Assembly (NCBI GenBank): GCA_964545915.1
Contig: CAZJHQ010000005.1
Location: 29,374 to 93,373, forward strand
Direction of reading: 5' to 3'
DNA from: an uncultured Candidatus Kuenenia sp.
GTDB taxonomy: Bacteria > Planctomycetota > Planctomycetia > Pirellulales > UBA1268
DNA length: 64,000 nucleotides
Positions 1-9,546 of the stretch are shown piece by piece (within the stretch, counting starts at the first letter, position 1; every line of letters starts with the position of its first letter). Both the position numbers and the translations under genes were made by a program. The notes under the pieces were generated by a model. That model did not search any database. It was not told the DNA's origin and saw nothing but the letters and a program-made list of their open reading frames with translations.

Positions 1-35
1 AGCCACGCTCACCCCATGCCGCCAGGGGTCTTCCC

Positions 36-914
36 ATGCCCATGACCTTCCCGGCCACACTCACGATCGCCGCCCTGCTGCTCGCGTCGATCGCCAACGC
101 CCAGACGCTCACGTCCAACATCCCCTACGCCGAGCCGGCGCTCGAACGCCAGGTGCTCGACATTTATGTCCCCGCAGGGGCCAAAGGGCTTCCGGTCGTG
201 TTCTGGATCCACGGCGGGGGCTGGCAAGGGGGTGACAAGACCGCCGTCGCGCTCAAGCCCAAGGTGTTCAATGACCGGGGCTTCGTCTTCGTCTCGATCA
301 ATCATCGGCTCCTGCCGACCGTGGACATGGCGACGCTGATCGGGGACTGCGGGCAGGCGTTGGGCTGGGTCCATCGCCACATCGCCGACCACGGCGGTGA
401 CCCGAACCGCATCTTCGTGATGGGCCATTCGTCCGGCGCCCAGCTCGCGGCACTCCTCTGCACCGACGACCGTCAGCTGCGGGCCGCCGGGGTGCCGTTC
501 ACGGCCCTCCTCGGTTGCGTCGCCGTCGATGGCGACACCTACGACATTCCCGCGATGATCATGACCCACGAATTCCGCCAGCAGCTCCACGGCCTGTCGT
601 TGCCCGAAATGGGCCACCGCCAAATCTTCGGCAACGCCCCGAAGCAGCACATCGAGTACTCGGCCGTCACGCATGTCGCCAAAGGCAAGGGCATCCCGCC
701 GTTCCTGATCCTCCATGTCGCCGGCCAGCCTGACGTGACCGCCCAGGCCCGGCGGCTGGGCAATGTGCTGAAGGCGGCGGACGTCCCGGTGACCGTGTTC
801 GGCAAGCGTGAAACGAGCCACGGAAAGCTGAACGACGACCTCGGCATCCCGGACGATCCCGCGACCCAGGCCCTTTACGCCTTCGTCGACCAGATCGTTG
901 CCGCAAAACGCTGA
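36..914 (+). CDS. Secreted alpha/beta hydrolase (esterase/lipase-type carboxylesterase)
   Basis: 292-aa ORF. Signal-like N-terminus ([14 protein letters not shown]). Oxyanion-hole HGGGW and nucleophile-elbow GHSSGA motifs. Confidence 0.85.
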   Translation: MPMTFPATLTIAALLLASIANAQTLTSNIPYAEPALERQVLDIYVPAGAKGLPVVFWIHGGGWQGGDKTAVALKPKVFNDRGFVFVSINHRLLPTVDMATLIGDCGQALGWVHRHIADHGGDPNRIFVMGHSSGAQLAALLCTDDRQLRAAGVPFTALLGCVAVDGDTYDIPAMIMTHEFRQQLHGLSLPEMGHRQIFGNAPKQHIEYSAVTHVAKGKGIPPFLILHVAGQPDVTAQARRLGNVLKAADVPVTVFGKRETSHGKLNDDLGIPDDPATQALYAFVDQIVAAKR

Positions 915-1033
915 GCCCGTTCAGGCGAACCCGACTTCGAAGTCGCCGATCGTGCCCGCGTCCCGACAAATCACCCGCACACGGTAAGATGCCCATCCCC
1001 ACTCACCCCGCGCAGCCACCAGCAGGAGCCACC

Positions 1034-1930
1034 ATGCCCGCCCCGGAAACGATTCGCACCAGCGACAAGTCGCTCGCCGAACTCAAGGAGGAGATCTGCG
1101 ACATCGGCCGCCGGATCTACGCCAAGGGCTTCGCCGCCGGCAACGACGGCAACATCTCGTTTCGCCTCGGGCCCAACGAGGTGCTGTGCACGCCCACGCT
1201 GGTCTCGAAGGGCTTCATGAAGCCCGCCGATCTGTGCATCGTCGACATGGAAGGCAATCAGCTCGACGGCGCCCGCAAGCGGTCGAGCGAAATCCTCCTC
1301 CACCTCACGATCATGAAGGAGCGGCCCGACGTCAACGCGGTGGTTCACTGCCACCCGCCGCACGCCACGGCCTTCGCCGTGGCCCGCGAGCCGATCCCGC
1401 AATGCGTGCTCCCCGAAGTCGAGATCTTCCTCGGCGAGGTGCCGATCACCCGCTACGAGACCCCGGGCGGGCAGAAGTTCGCCGACACGGTGAAGCCGTT
1501 CGTGAAGCATGCCAACGTGATGATCCTCGCGAACCACGGCACCGTGAGCTGCGGCGAGACCGTCGAGCGGGCCTACTGGTGGACGGAGATCCTCGACGCC
1601 TATTGCCGGATCCTCATGCTCGCCAAGGATCTGGGCCGCGTCAGCCATCTCACCCGGGCGGAGACGCAGGAGCTTCTGGACCTCAAGGCCAAGTGGGGCT
1701 TCGCCGACCCGCGGCTCGAGAAGGGCATGGCGGGCTGCGACGTCTGCGGCCACGACGTCTTCCGCTCGACCTGGGCGGACACGGGCGTGGCCCGCACGGC
1801 GTTCGCCCCCCCGCCCCCCGCGGGTGCCGATCGGCAGCCGGCCCCATCCCGAGCGCCGATCGACCACGAGACCGTGGCCCGGATCGTCAGGGAGGTCTGC
1901 AAGCAGCTGGGGATCCCGACCCCGGGCTGA
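1034..1930 (+). CDS. Class II aldolase/adducin family protein with ~80-aa C-terminal extension
   Basis: Family motifs GNDGNISFRL, HCHPPHATAF, LANHGTVSCG. AGGAG lies 6 nt upstream of ATG 1034, so this start is preferred over the ORF-track start at 989. Confidence 0.85.
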   Translation: MPAPETIRTSDKSLAELKEEICDIGRRIYAKGFAAGNDGNISFRLGPNEVLCTPTLVSKGFMKPADLCIVDMEGNQLDGARKRSSEILLHLTIMKERPDVNAVVHCHPPHATAFAVAREPIPQCVLPEVEIFLGEVPITRYETPGGQKFADTVKPFVKHANVMILANHGTVSCGETVERAYWWTEILDAYCRILMLAKDLGRVSHLTRAETQELLDLKAKWGFADPRLEKGMAGCDVCGHDVFRSTWADTGVARTAFAPPPPAGADRQPAPSRAPIDHETVARIVREVCKQLGIPTPG

Positions 1931-2134
1931 ACACCGTTTGGCTAGGGCGCATTCGACTTTGGTGGAGCACCGGCTTCGGGGGCGGCAAAAGTCGCCGCTG
2001 CGCGGTCTTGCAGATTCTCGCTGTGGCCGCGGCGGCCACGCGAGGTCGCCGCCCACGACCGCGGGCAACGCCATGCAGCCGGCAGATGAGGCGGACGCGG
2101 TCGATCACGGCCCGAGCATACCGGGGCCGACGGT

Positions 2135-5100
2135 TCAGGGCGCCGCGGTCGCCGTTCGCCGCCGCGCGATCTCCGCCGCGGACACGCCCCACGCCCGCAC
2201 CGTGCCATCCCAGGAGCCGGTGACGAGCGACCGGCCGTCGGTCGCGAAGGCCAGCGCCCAGACCTGGTCGCGATGACCGCGGAGCAACGCCGCCGACCGG
2301 CCGGAGGCCGCGTCCCAGAGCTGCGCCGTGCCATCGGCCGACACCGCCGCCACCCGCGTGCCATCGGGGGAGAAGGCGACCTTCCAGATCTGGCGGGCAG
2401 GTCCCGTCAGCACCGCCAGCGGCCGGCCGTCGGCGACGTTCCACAGCCGGACCGTGCGGTCGGAAGACGCCGTGGCGATCCGGCTGCCGTCGGGTGCGAA
2501 AGCGACCCAGTTCACGGCGGCCTCGTGCCCGGTGAACCGCCGCTCCTCTCCCCCCGTCGCGAGGTTCCACAGCCGCGTGATGCCGTCCTCGCCGGCCGTG
2601 GCCAGCCGCCCGCCGTCGGGGCTGACCGCCACGCAAAACGCCCGCTTCGGATGACGCAGCGGCGGGCACGCCGGCTCTCCGCTCGCGACGTCCCAGACCC
2701 GGGCGGTGCGATCCTCAGCCGCCGTCGCCAGCCGCCCCCCGTCGGCCGAGAAGGCGACCGCATACACCCGCCGCCGATGCGCCTCCATCACGGTGGCCCC
2801 CTGGGCCGCGTCGCGCGGCCACAGACGCACCGTCCCGTCATCGCACGCCGCGGCGACGGTCCGGTCGTCGGGAGCCCAGGCCACGCCGTTCACCCGGCCG
2901 GCCTCGACCGCGAACCCGCCGGCGGGCAGGAGCGTGGCAGCGTCGTAGAGCAGGACCCGGGACGCGGCGGTGCCCACGGCCAACGTGCGTCCATCCGTGG
3001 AGAATGCCGTGGCGAGCACCCGGTCGCTGCAGTGGATCACGGGAGCGACGGCGAACTCCAGATCCCACTCCCGCGCCGTTCCGTCCGCCGACCCGGTTAC
3101 CGCCCGCGTCGTGCCGGGTACGACAGCCAGCGACCACAGCGCCGCTGCATGCCCCCGGAGCCGCGCCACCTCCGCCGCCGGATCGACATCCCAGATCCGC
3201 AGCGTGCCGTCACCGGAGGCCGTCGCGATCCGGCGGTCGCCAGCGACGAACGCGACGGCGTTCACTCGGAATGGATGCCGCATGACCGCCAGTGACGCCC
3301 CGCCGTCCACCTCCCACACGCGGGCCGTGGCGTCTGCGGAAGCCGTCGCCAGCCGTTCGCCATCGGCCGAAAACTCGATGCGGAAAATCCGTCCCTCGTG
3401 CCCTTCGATCACCGCGCGCTCGGTGCCAGTCGCCACGTCCCACAGGCGAACGACGCCGTCCTGGCCGCCGCTGGCGAGCAGGCCGCCATCCGGGGAGAAG
3501 GCCGCGGCGTACACGGTGCCGTCATGCCCCATGAGCACCTGCCGTTCGTGCCAGGTCGCCGTGTCGTGGAGCCGCACCGTGCCGTCGCGGCCGGCCGTGG
3601 CCAGCAGGCTGCCGTCGGGGGAGAACGTCGCGGCATAGACGGGGCCGTCGTGACGATCGAGCACGGCCACCTCCGCGTCGGTCGCGGCATCGTGGAGCCG
3701 CACCGTGGCATCGGCCGCAGCGGTCGCCACCAGATCCCCATCCGGCGAGAACGTCACAGCCCAGACCGCTCCGTCGTGCATGGCGATCACCCGCGGCTCG
3801 CCTGACTCTCCCCCCTTGAACAGCCGCACGCCGCCATCCGCGCCCCCCGTGATCAGGCGGCGGCCGTCGGGCGACCAGCCCACGGCGGTCACGATGCCGC
3901 GATGGCCGCGGTGGATGACGGTGGCGTCGTCGAGCGATGCGAACAGGCAGTCGAGTTCCAGTGGATGGCCCGGGCCCGCAGCGGCGACGAGATCGGCGGC
4001 CGTCGCCAGCAGCCGTGCCGCTTCGGGAAGGTTGTCGCGGTCGCGGGCCTCGGCAGCCAGGAGGACGGTCGACAGATAGAGCTGGCCCCGGGCAACGGCC
4101 GTCTGCCGGTCGGCCTCGCGCTGCCGCGACTCGGCCAGGGCCAGCGCCTCGACCGCCGCCCGCCGCTGGGTCTCGGCCCGCAGCGAGAACCAGGTGATCC
4201 CCGCCGCTGCGAGTACGACCGCGGCGACCGCGGCCAGCGCGGCCGCCGTCGCCGCCCGGTGCTTGACCGCGAGCCGCCACAGCGACTCCCCCGCGCCGAG
4301 CGGCCGCGCGAGCACCGCGTCTCCCGCCAGCCAGCGTTCCAGTTCGGCCTCCACCTCGACCGCCGTCGCATACCGGTCGGCCGCGCGGGGCTCGAGGCAG
4401 CGGGCCATGATCGCCGCCAGGGACCGCGCCTCGTCGGCCCGCAGCCGCCCCTCGGCCCGAACCGCCCGCTCGAGCGCCGCCGTTTCCGGCGCCGCACGAC
4501 CGTCGAGCATCCGCGCCGCCTCCACCGGCGACTTGCCTTGCAGATCGTAGGGCAAGGCCCCCGTGAGCAGCTCGTGCAGCACCAGCCCGAGGGCGTAGAC
4601 GTCGGTCCGGGCATCGACCTCGTCGGGGTCGGCCCCGAGCTGTTCCGGACTCATGTACCGCAGCGTGCCCACCAGCTCGCCCGCTCCCGTCGCCACCCCC
4701 GCCCGCGTGTCCTCGGGATGCAGCGTCCGCGCCACGCCGAAGTCGATCACCTTCGGCCAGCCGGCGGCATCGACGAGGATGTTGCCCGGCTTGAGGTCGC
4801 GATGGATCACGCCCTTGCCATGGCCGTGGGCGACGGCGGCGGCCACGTCACGAAACAACCGCACCCGCTCCCGGATCGACAGGCCCGCAGCCGCCGCGTG
4901 CGCCGTGATCGACCGCGCCCCGTCGACGAGTTCCATGACGATGTACGGCAGCGGCCCGCGGGCCGAAGCGAACGTGCCGCAGGCATGGATCTGGGCGATG
5001 TGGGGATGCCGGAGCCGGGCCAGCACGCGGGCCTCGTACTCGAACCGCCGCAGCACGTCGGGGCCGAGCCGCCCCTCGCGGACGACCTTCACGGCCACCG

Positions 5101-5329
5101 TCCGTGCCGGCGTCGTCTGCCGTGCCTCGTAGACGCTCCCCATGCCGCCCCGGGCGAGCAGCCGCACGACGACCACGTCGCCGATCTGCGTGCCGGCGGC
5201 AAGATCGTCCTCCTGCCAGGCGGCCCACGCCCCGGCGGCAAGCCCGAAACTCGCGTTGGCGCCGCTCAGGATCGACGCCTCGGCGGCACTGGAGCGAGGC
5301 GACGCGGCCGGCGGCTTGGTACCACCCAT
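2135..5329 (-). CDS. Ser/Thr protein kinase - single TM - 14x WD40 repeat protein
   Basis: Hanks kinase motifs GGMGSVYEA, AVKV, HRDLKPGNIL, DFG, SPEQ. One TM (AALAAVAAVVLAAAGITWF). I counted 14 WD40 units (..FSPDG..T.RLWD). ATG 5329 is residue 96 of the track ORF; the part upstream of it overlaps the divergent sigma gene. Confidence 0.9.
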   Translation of the reverse strand: MGGTKPPAASPRSSAAEASILSGANASFGLAAGAWAAWQEDDLAAGTQIGDVVVVRLLARGGMGSVYEARQTTPARTVAVKVVREGRLGPDVLRRFEYEARVLARLRHPHIAQIHACGTFASARGPLPYIVMELVDGARSITAHAAAAGLSIRERVRLFRDVAAAVAHGHGKGVIHRDLKPGNILVDAAGWPKVIDFGVARTLHPEDTRAGVATGAGELVGTLRYMSPEQLGADPDEVDARTDVYALGLVLHELLTGALPYDLQGKSPVEAARMLDGRAAPETAALERAVRAEGRLRADEARSLAAIMARCLEPRAADRYATAVEVEAELERWLAGDAVLARPLGAGESLWRLAVKHRAATAAALAAVAAVVLAAAGITWFSLRAETQRRAAVEALALAESRQREADRQTAVARGQLYLSTVLLAAEARDRDNLPEAARLLATAADLVAAAGPGHPLELDCLFASLDDATVIHRGHRGIVTAVGWSPDGRRLITGGADGGVRLFKGGESGEPRVIAMHDGAVWAVTFSPDGDLVATAAADATVRLHDAATDAEVAVLDRHDGPVYAATFSPDGSLLATAGRDGTVRLHDTATWHERQVLMGHDGTVYAAAFSPDGGLLASGGQDGVVRLWDVATGTERAVIEGHEGRIFRIEFSADGERLATASADATARVWEVDGGASLAVMRHPFRVNAVAFVAGDRRIATASGDGTLRIWDVDPAAEVARLRGHAAALWSLAVVPGTTRAVTGSADGTAREWDLEFAVAPVIHCSDRVLATAFSTDGRTLAVGTAASRVLLYDAATLLPAGGFAVEAGRVNGVAWAPDDRTVAAACDDGTVRLWPRDAAQGATVMEAHRRRVYAVAFSADGGRLATAAEDRTARVWDVASGEPACPPLRHPKRAFCVAVSPDGGRLATAGEDGITRLWNLATGGEERRFTGHEAAVNWVAFAPDGSRIATASSDRTVRLWNVADGRPLAVLTGPARQIWKVAFSPDGTRVAAVSADGTAQLWDAASGRSAALLRGHRDQVWALAFATDGRSLVTGSWDGTVRAWGVSAAEIARRRTATAAP

Positions 5330-5404
5330 GCTCGCGGTTATACACCTCCCAGGACTCCGGGGGCAGGCCCCGCGTCGTCCGCCGAGCCACACACGCCCCT
5401 GCCC

Positions 5405-6028
5405 ATGACCGCCGACCACGACTCGCATGCCGCGGCCGTCAGCGCCTGCCTCGAGCGTTTGGCGGCGGGCGAGATCGCCGCCCGCGACCGGATCCTGGAG
5501 CTCTTTGCCACGCGGCTGCGGGCCCTGGCCAGCCGGATGCTCGACCGGTATCCGACGGTCCGTCGCTGGGACGACACCGACGACGTTTTCCAAAACGCCG
5601 CCCTGCGGCTGCATCGCGCCCTGGGCACGCTGCAGCCGCAGACGCCACGCGACGTGATGACGCTGGCGGCCGCGCAGGTCCGCCGCACGCTGCTCGACCT
5701 CGCCCGCCGCTACGCGGGGCCGCAGTCACATGCGGCCCACCATGCCACGAACCTGGTCGCGGCGGACCTCGACCCCGACGCGGCGTCGTTCCACACCGAC
5801 CGCTCGGCGGCTCCCGACGAGAGCCTCGACCGCTGGTCGCAGTTTCACGCGGCGATCGACGAGCTGCCGGCCGAGAGCCGCGAGATGTTCCTCCTCGTCT
5901 GGTACCTGGGCGCCGACCAGAAGACGATCGCCCGCCTGCTCGACTGTTCCGCGCGCACGGTCAAGACCCGCTGGCGTGCGGCCCGCGACGCCGTCACAGC
6001 GGCGCTCGACGGCCAGCGGCCCGAGTGA
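5405..6028 (+). CDS. ECF-type RNA polymerase sigma factor (kinase-associated type)
   Basis: Region 2 (DDTDDVFQNAALRLH) and region 4 HTH (MFLLVWYLGADQKTIARLLDCSARTVKTRW). ATG at 5405. The first ~500 codons of track ORF 3902-6028 are antisense shadow of the kinase gene. Confidence 0.85.
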   Translation: MTADHDSHAAAVSACLERLAAGEIAARDRILELFATRLRALASRMLDRYPTVRRWDDTDDVFQNAALRLHRALGTLQPQTPRDVMTLAAAQVRRTLLDLARRYAGPQSHAAHHATNLVAADLDPDAASFHTDRSAAPDESLDRWSQFHAAIDELPAESREMFLLVWYLGADQKTIARLLDCSARTVKTRWRAARDAVTAALDGQRPE

Positions 6029-6049
6029 GCCGCCTGGCATCCGCGGTCG

Positions 6050-6745
6050 TCAGGTGGCGGCGGGATCCGCGTCGTCGGCGTCGAGCCCGCGGAGGATCGC
6101 GATCGCCTCGTCGAGCGACGGGGCGTCGTAGCCGCGGATGCGAGCCCGCCGATCCGCATCCGCCAGCACCAGGGCGTCGAGAAAATCCGCGTGCATCTCG
6201 AGCCGCTGCCGGGCCCGATGGCCGAGCGTGCGGTCGCCGTAGGCGACCGCGGCAGGCAGCGTCTCCACCAGCCAGGCCGTTCGCGGCGTGATCAGCCCCT
6301 CCAGAGCCGCCAGGGTCGCGGCCACGGGGGCGGCGCGATCGATGGCCCGCCCCACGTCGTGCACCAGCGCCGCGGTCAGCAGTTCCTCGTCATAGGGCCG
6401 CTCGGCCCGCACGCGGGCGAACACCTGCAGCGAGTGCTCGAGCACGTCGCCCTCGGGATGCTTGACGGGATCCTGCCGCACGGTGGCCAGGACCGACACC
6501 ACCGCCGCGATCTGGTCGAAGCGATCGCCCGCGAGCCGTGCGGCCGCCACCGCCGGATCGAGGCCGCGGGTCACCTCGTCGCACACCTCGGCATGGCTCG
6601 GCAGCTGATCGGCGGGCACCCAGCCCCCGGCCACCCGTCGCGCCGCCCGAAACACCGCCCGCGTGGCATCGCTGCCGCCGGCGACGCCGCGGGCCGCGGC
6701 CTGGGCGATCCGCCGCCGCAAGGCGTCGTCGTCGCGGTCGCTCAT
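6050..6745 (-). CDS. HD-domain phosphohydrolase-like protein
   Basis: H...HD pattern (EHSLQVF ... LVHDVGRAID). ATG 6745 overlaps the stop of the upstream peptidase gene (ATGA at 6742-6745). Confidence 0.7.
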   Translation of the reverse strand: MSDRDDDALRRRIAQAAARGVAGGSDATRAVFRAARRVAGGWVPADQLPSHAEVCDEVTRGLDPAVAAARLAGDRFDQIAAVVSVLATVRQDPVKHPEGDVLEHSLQVFARVRAERPYDEELLTAALVHDVGRAIDRAAPVAATLAALEGLITPRTAWLVETLPAAVAYGDRTLGHRARQRLEMHADFLDALVLADADRRARIRGYDAPSLDEAIAILRGLDADDADPAAT

Positions 6746-9441
6746 CGCGGCCCCGGGCCGCCGACCGGCCGCCAGCGCAGGTTCCGCAGCTCGGCCGTCG
6801 TGGCGTAGGTGGCCACGCCCAGCGGCCGTGAGGGCTCGACCGAATCGCGGATCGAGATCGTGTGGCCCGCCCGCGGCTGATCGACCACCCGCACGCCGTC
6901 GAGGAAGCACTCGATCCGCTCCTTCGTGACCCGCACCTTCACGGCGTACCAGCGGCCGGTCTTGAAGGCCCGCACGAGCGTCGTCTCGTTGTTGGCGGCA
7001 TCCGCCCCGTCGATGCTCGAGAGGCCGACGATCCCGCCCCCCCAGCCGCCGACGATGAAACTGCACGGATCCTCGCCCACGGGAAACGTGAGGCCGCAGA
7101 AGAAGTCGTTGCCCTCCACGCGGCGGGCCTCCAGCTCCACCTCGTAGCCTTCCTTGGGGAACTCGTCGGTCCACGTGATGCCGCTCAAATCCACGCCCAT
7201 CGGAATCCGGATCACCCCGTCCGCCACCTCCGTGTCGCCGGCGCCGCCGTAGCCCGACTGCTTCCATGCCCCGAGCGCCTTGCCGTCGAACAGTGACCGC
7301 CACTCCGCGGCCGCCGGCACGCCGGGCGCCGCGGCTTCGAGTTCGGCCACCAAGCCCTCGGCCGCATACACCTTCCGCAGCGCGGCGAGGATCCCGGTCG
7401 CATCCACCGACACGGCCCGCGACAGCCGGTCGTCGTACGCCAGGTCGAGTCGCAGGGAGTGGATGTTGCCGTCGAAGATCAGGCCCACGAGCTCGCCGGC
7501 CCGGTTCACCACCGGGCTGCCGGAGTTGCCGCCGATGATGTCGGCCGTCGCGGCGAAGTTGAAGGGTGTGCCCATGAAGGCCGCGTCGGCCTCGAGCTGC
7601 TTCCGTTGTGCCTGCCAACGCGGCGGCAGCACGAAGGGGACGGCGTCGCCTTTGCTGCGGGCCCGCGCGAAGAGACCGGCGTATGTCGTGATCGCGGGGC
7701 AGTCCTCCGGTCCGCTGCCTTCGATGCCGCGGACCACACCATAGGCCAGCCGGAGCGTGAAGGTGGCGTCGGGATAGAGCGTCGCTCCCAGGCGGGCGAA
7801 CCGGGCCCGCGTGATCTCCGCGTGGGCCTGCTGCTTCACTTCCTGCGCCGCCTCCGCCACCGACCGCAGTCGCCGCGACTCCTCGTCCACGAGCCGCGCG
7901 ACGGCGAGCATGGTGTCGGACGACGCGGCCACGGCCGCCGCGCCGCCGTCGAAGAGCTCCCGGCGCCGATCGGGCGGCGGAGCCTGTGCCACCTCCGGCT
8001 GAGGCCGCCGCCCGAGGGCCGTACCGCCGACGAGCGCGGCCGCCCGCTCGCGGGGCGGACGGCCGGCGAGTACGGCCTGCACGAGCGGATCGTCGGCGCC
8101 GAGCACCGTCGCCAGGGCGGTGAGCGAATCGGCGAGCTTGGCGATTTCGAAACCGTCGTACAGCGGCTCCGCCGAGAAGAGCTGCAGCTCCAGCGGGCCG
8201 CGGTTGGAGTCGCGATACTCGCGGAGCCGGTCACCGTCGGGCTTGGCCCGCTCCGCGACCGATCGGAGGATCGTGCGGGCGTTCGCGAAGAACTTGCTAT
8301 TGAAGCCGGCCGCCCCTTCGAGCATCCGGTGGCGGACGGCGATGCGGTCGAGTTCGGCCTGCGCTTCCACGATCCGCTGGTAGGGCGAGGGGCGGCTGTC
8401 GAGGCCGGCCTCGATCGGCCCGCGGTCTGCCGCTTCAGCCGCCCGCTTCCGCGCGATCAGGTCGGGGTCGAGCAGCGCGGCGAGGATGCCCGACCGCGCC
8501 TTGCGGCCATTCTGCACGCTGACCAGGCTGCCGACGGCCTGCCGTCGCTCCTCCGGCCCCTCTTCGCAGAAGGCGCCGTACAGCGATTCCAGACGGTGAA
8601 TCACCTGCAGGTCGAGCGGCAGCTGCCGGTCCCGCATCGCCACCACCTCGGCAACCGTCTTGGCCCGGTCGGTGTGGCCGGGGTGGCCGGACACGAAGAC
8701 GAGGTCGCCGGCGGCCACGGGCTGCCGACCCCAGGCGAGATGGTGCGGCACCCGCGCCGGCTGGCCATTCTCGTAAGCCCGGAAGAAGCAAATGTCGAGG
8801 TTGTACCGCGGAAACTCGAAGTTGTCGGCGTCGCCGCCGAAGAAGGCGATCGCATGCTCGGGCGCGAACACGAGCCGCACGTCGGTGTACCGCTTCGCGC
8901 GGTACAGGTGATACGCCCCGCCCTGATGGAGCGTGATCACGTCGCTCCGCAGGCCCGTGGCGGCGAGCGACTCCTTCTCGATCGCGGCCAGCACCGCCCG
9001 TCGGGCCGCAACCGCTTCCGTGGGTGGCATGTCGGGCTTCACGGCCGCCTGCACGCGGGCAGTCACGTCCTCGATCGAGACGAGCACGTTGAGCTCGAGG
9101 TCGTGGCAGCGGAGCTCCTGCTCACGGGTCGCGGCCGCGAAGCCGTCGCGGTAGTAGTCGTGCGTCGCGTCGCCGAGCTTCTGGATCGCCCCGGCGCCGA
9201 CATGGTGATTGGTGAGCACCAGGCCGTCGGCCGACACGAAGGAGCCGGAGCCGCCGGAGCTGAACCGCACGCTCGACTGCTGCAGGTGCAGGAGCCACTC
9301 GGGCGTGAGGCGGAAGCCGTGGTCCTTCTCGAGCCGCTCCCGCGGCGGCTGGTTGAACAGCCACATGCCCTCGTCGGCCCGGAGGGCGGGAGCGAGCAGC
9401 AGCACGACGAGCAGACCGCGGAATGAATTTTGGTATTTCAT
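6742..9441 (-). CDS. S46-family (DPP7/DPP11-like) serine peptidase fused to a C-terminal DUF1080-like domain
   Basis: Signal peptide MKYQNSFRGLLVVLLLAPALRADEGMW. Catalytic His context TNHHVG and Ser context GGNSGSPV. C-terminal ~180 aa show a DUF1080-like pattern (WRSLFDGKALGAWK ... ELRNLRWRP). The rest of track ORF 6742-12054 is antisense shadow. Confidence 0.85.
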   Translation of the reverse strand: MKYQNSFRGLLVVLLLAPALRADEGMWLFNQPPRERLEKDHGFRLTPEWLLHLQQSSVRFSSGGSGSFVSADGLVLTNHHVGAGAIQKLGDATHDYYRDGFAAATREQELRCHDLELNVLVSIEDVTARVQAAVKPDMPPTEAVAARRAVLAAIEKESLAATGLRSDVITLHQGGAYHLYRAKRYTDVRLVFAPEHAIAFFGGDADNFEFPRYNLDICFFRAYENGQPARVPHHLAWGRQPVAAGDLVFVSGHPGHTDRAKTVAEVVAMRDRQLPLDLQVIHRLESLYGAFCEEGPEERRQAVGSLVSVQNGRKARSGILAALLDPDLIARKRAAEAADRGPIEAGLDSRPSPYQRIVEAQAELDRIAVRHRMLEGAAGFNSKFFANARTILRSVAERAKPDGDRLREYRDSNRGPLELQLFSAEPLYDGFEIAKLADSLTALATVLGADDPLVQAVLAGRPPRERAAALVGGTALGRRPQPEVAQAPPPDRRRELFDGGAAAVAASSDTMLAVARLVDEESRRLRSVAEAAQEVKQQAHAEITRARFARLGATLYPDATFTLRLAYGVVRGIEGSGPEDCPAITTYAGLFARARSKGDAVPFVLPPRWQAQRKQLEADAAFMGTPFNFAATADIIGGNSGSPVVNRAGELVGLIFDGNIHSLRLDLAYDDRLSRAVSVDATGILAALRKVYAAEGLVAELEAAAPGVPAAAEWRSLFDGKALGAWKQSGYGGAGDTEVADGVIRIPMGVDLSGITWTDEFPKEGYEVELEARRVEGNDFFCGLTFPVGEDPCSFIVGGWGGGIVGLSSIDGADAANNETTLVRAFKTGRWYAVKVRVTKERIECFLDGVRVVDQPRAGHTISIRDSVEPSRPLGVATYATTAELRNLRWRPVGGPGPR

Positions 9442-9546
9442 GATGCATGATGGTAGCCGATCCGCCGGCACCGTTGGTGCTTTGCTACACTCCGCGCCAC
9501 GGTGCGGCGGCGACCGCGGCGTCTTCTCATGCTTGGGTAGCCACTC

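Noticed and set aside
2135-4100. Apparent ~125-nt periodicity in both kinase genes (also 11200-12950), considered as tandem DNA repeats or a CRISPR-like array
   Set aside because: The periodicity is at the protein level (WD40 blades). The DNA units are diverged and there are no identical direct repeats or spacers. No CRISPR array is present anywhere in the window.
3902-5404. First ~500 codons of the 708-aa + strand ORF (3902-6028)
   Set aside because: It is antisense to the kinase-WD40 gene and rich in Arg/Pro/Gly with no motifs. Only the last 207 codons, from ATG 5405, look like a real ECF sigma factor.
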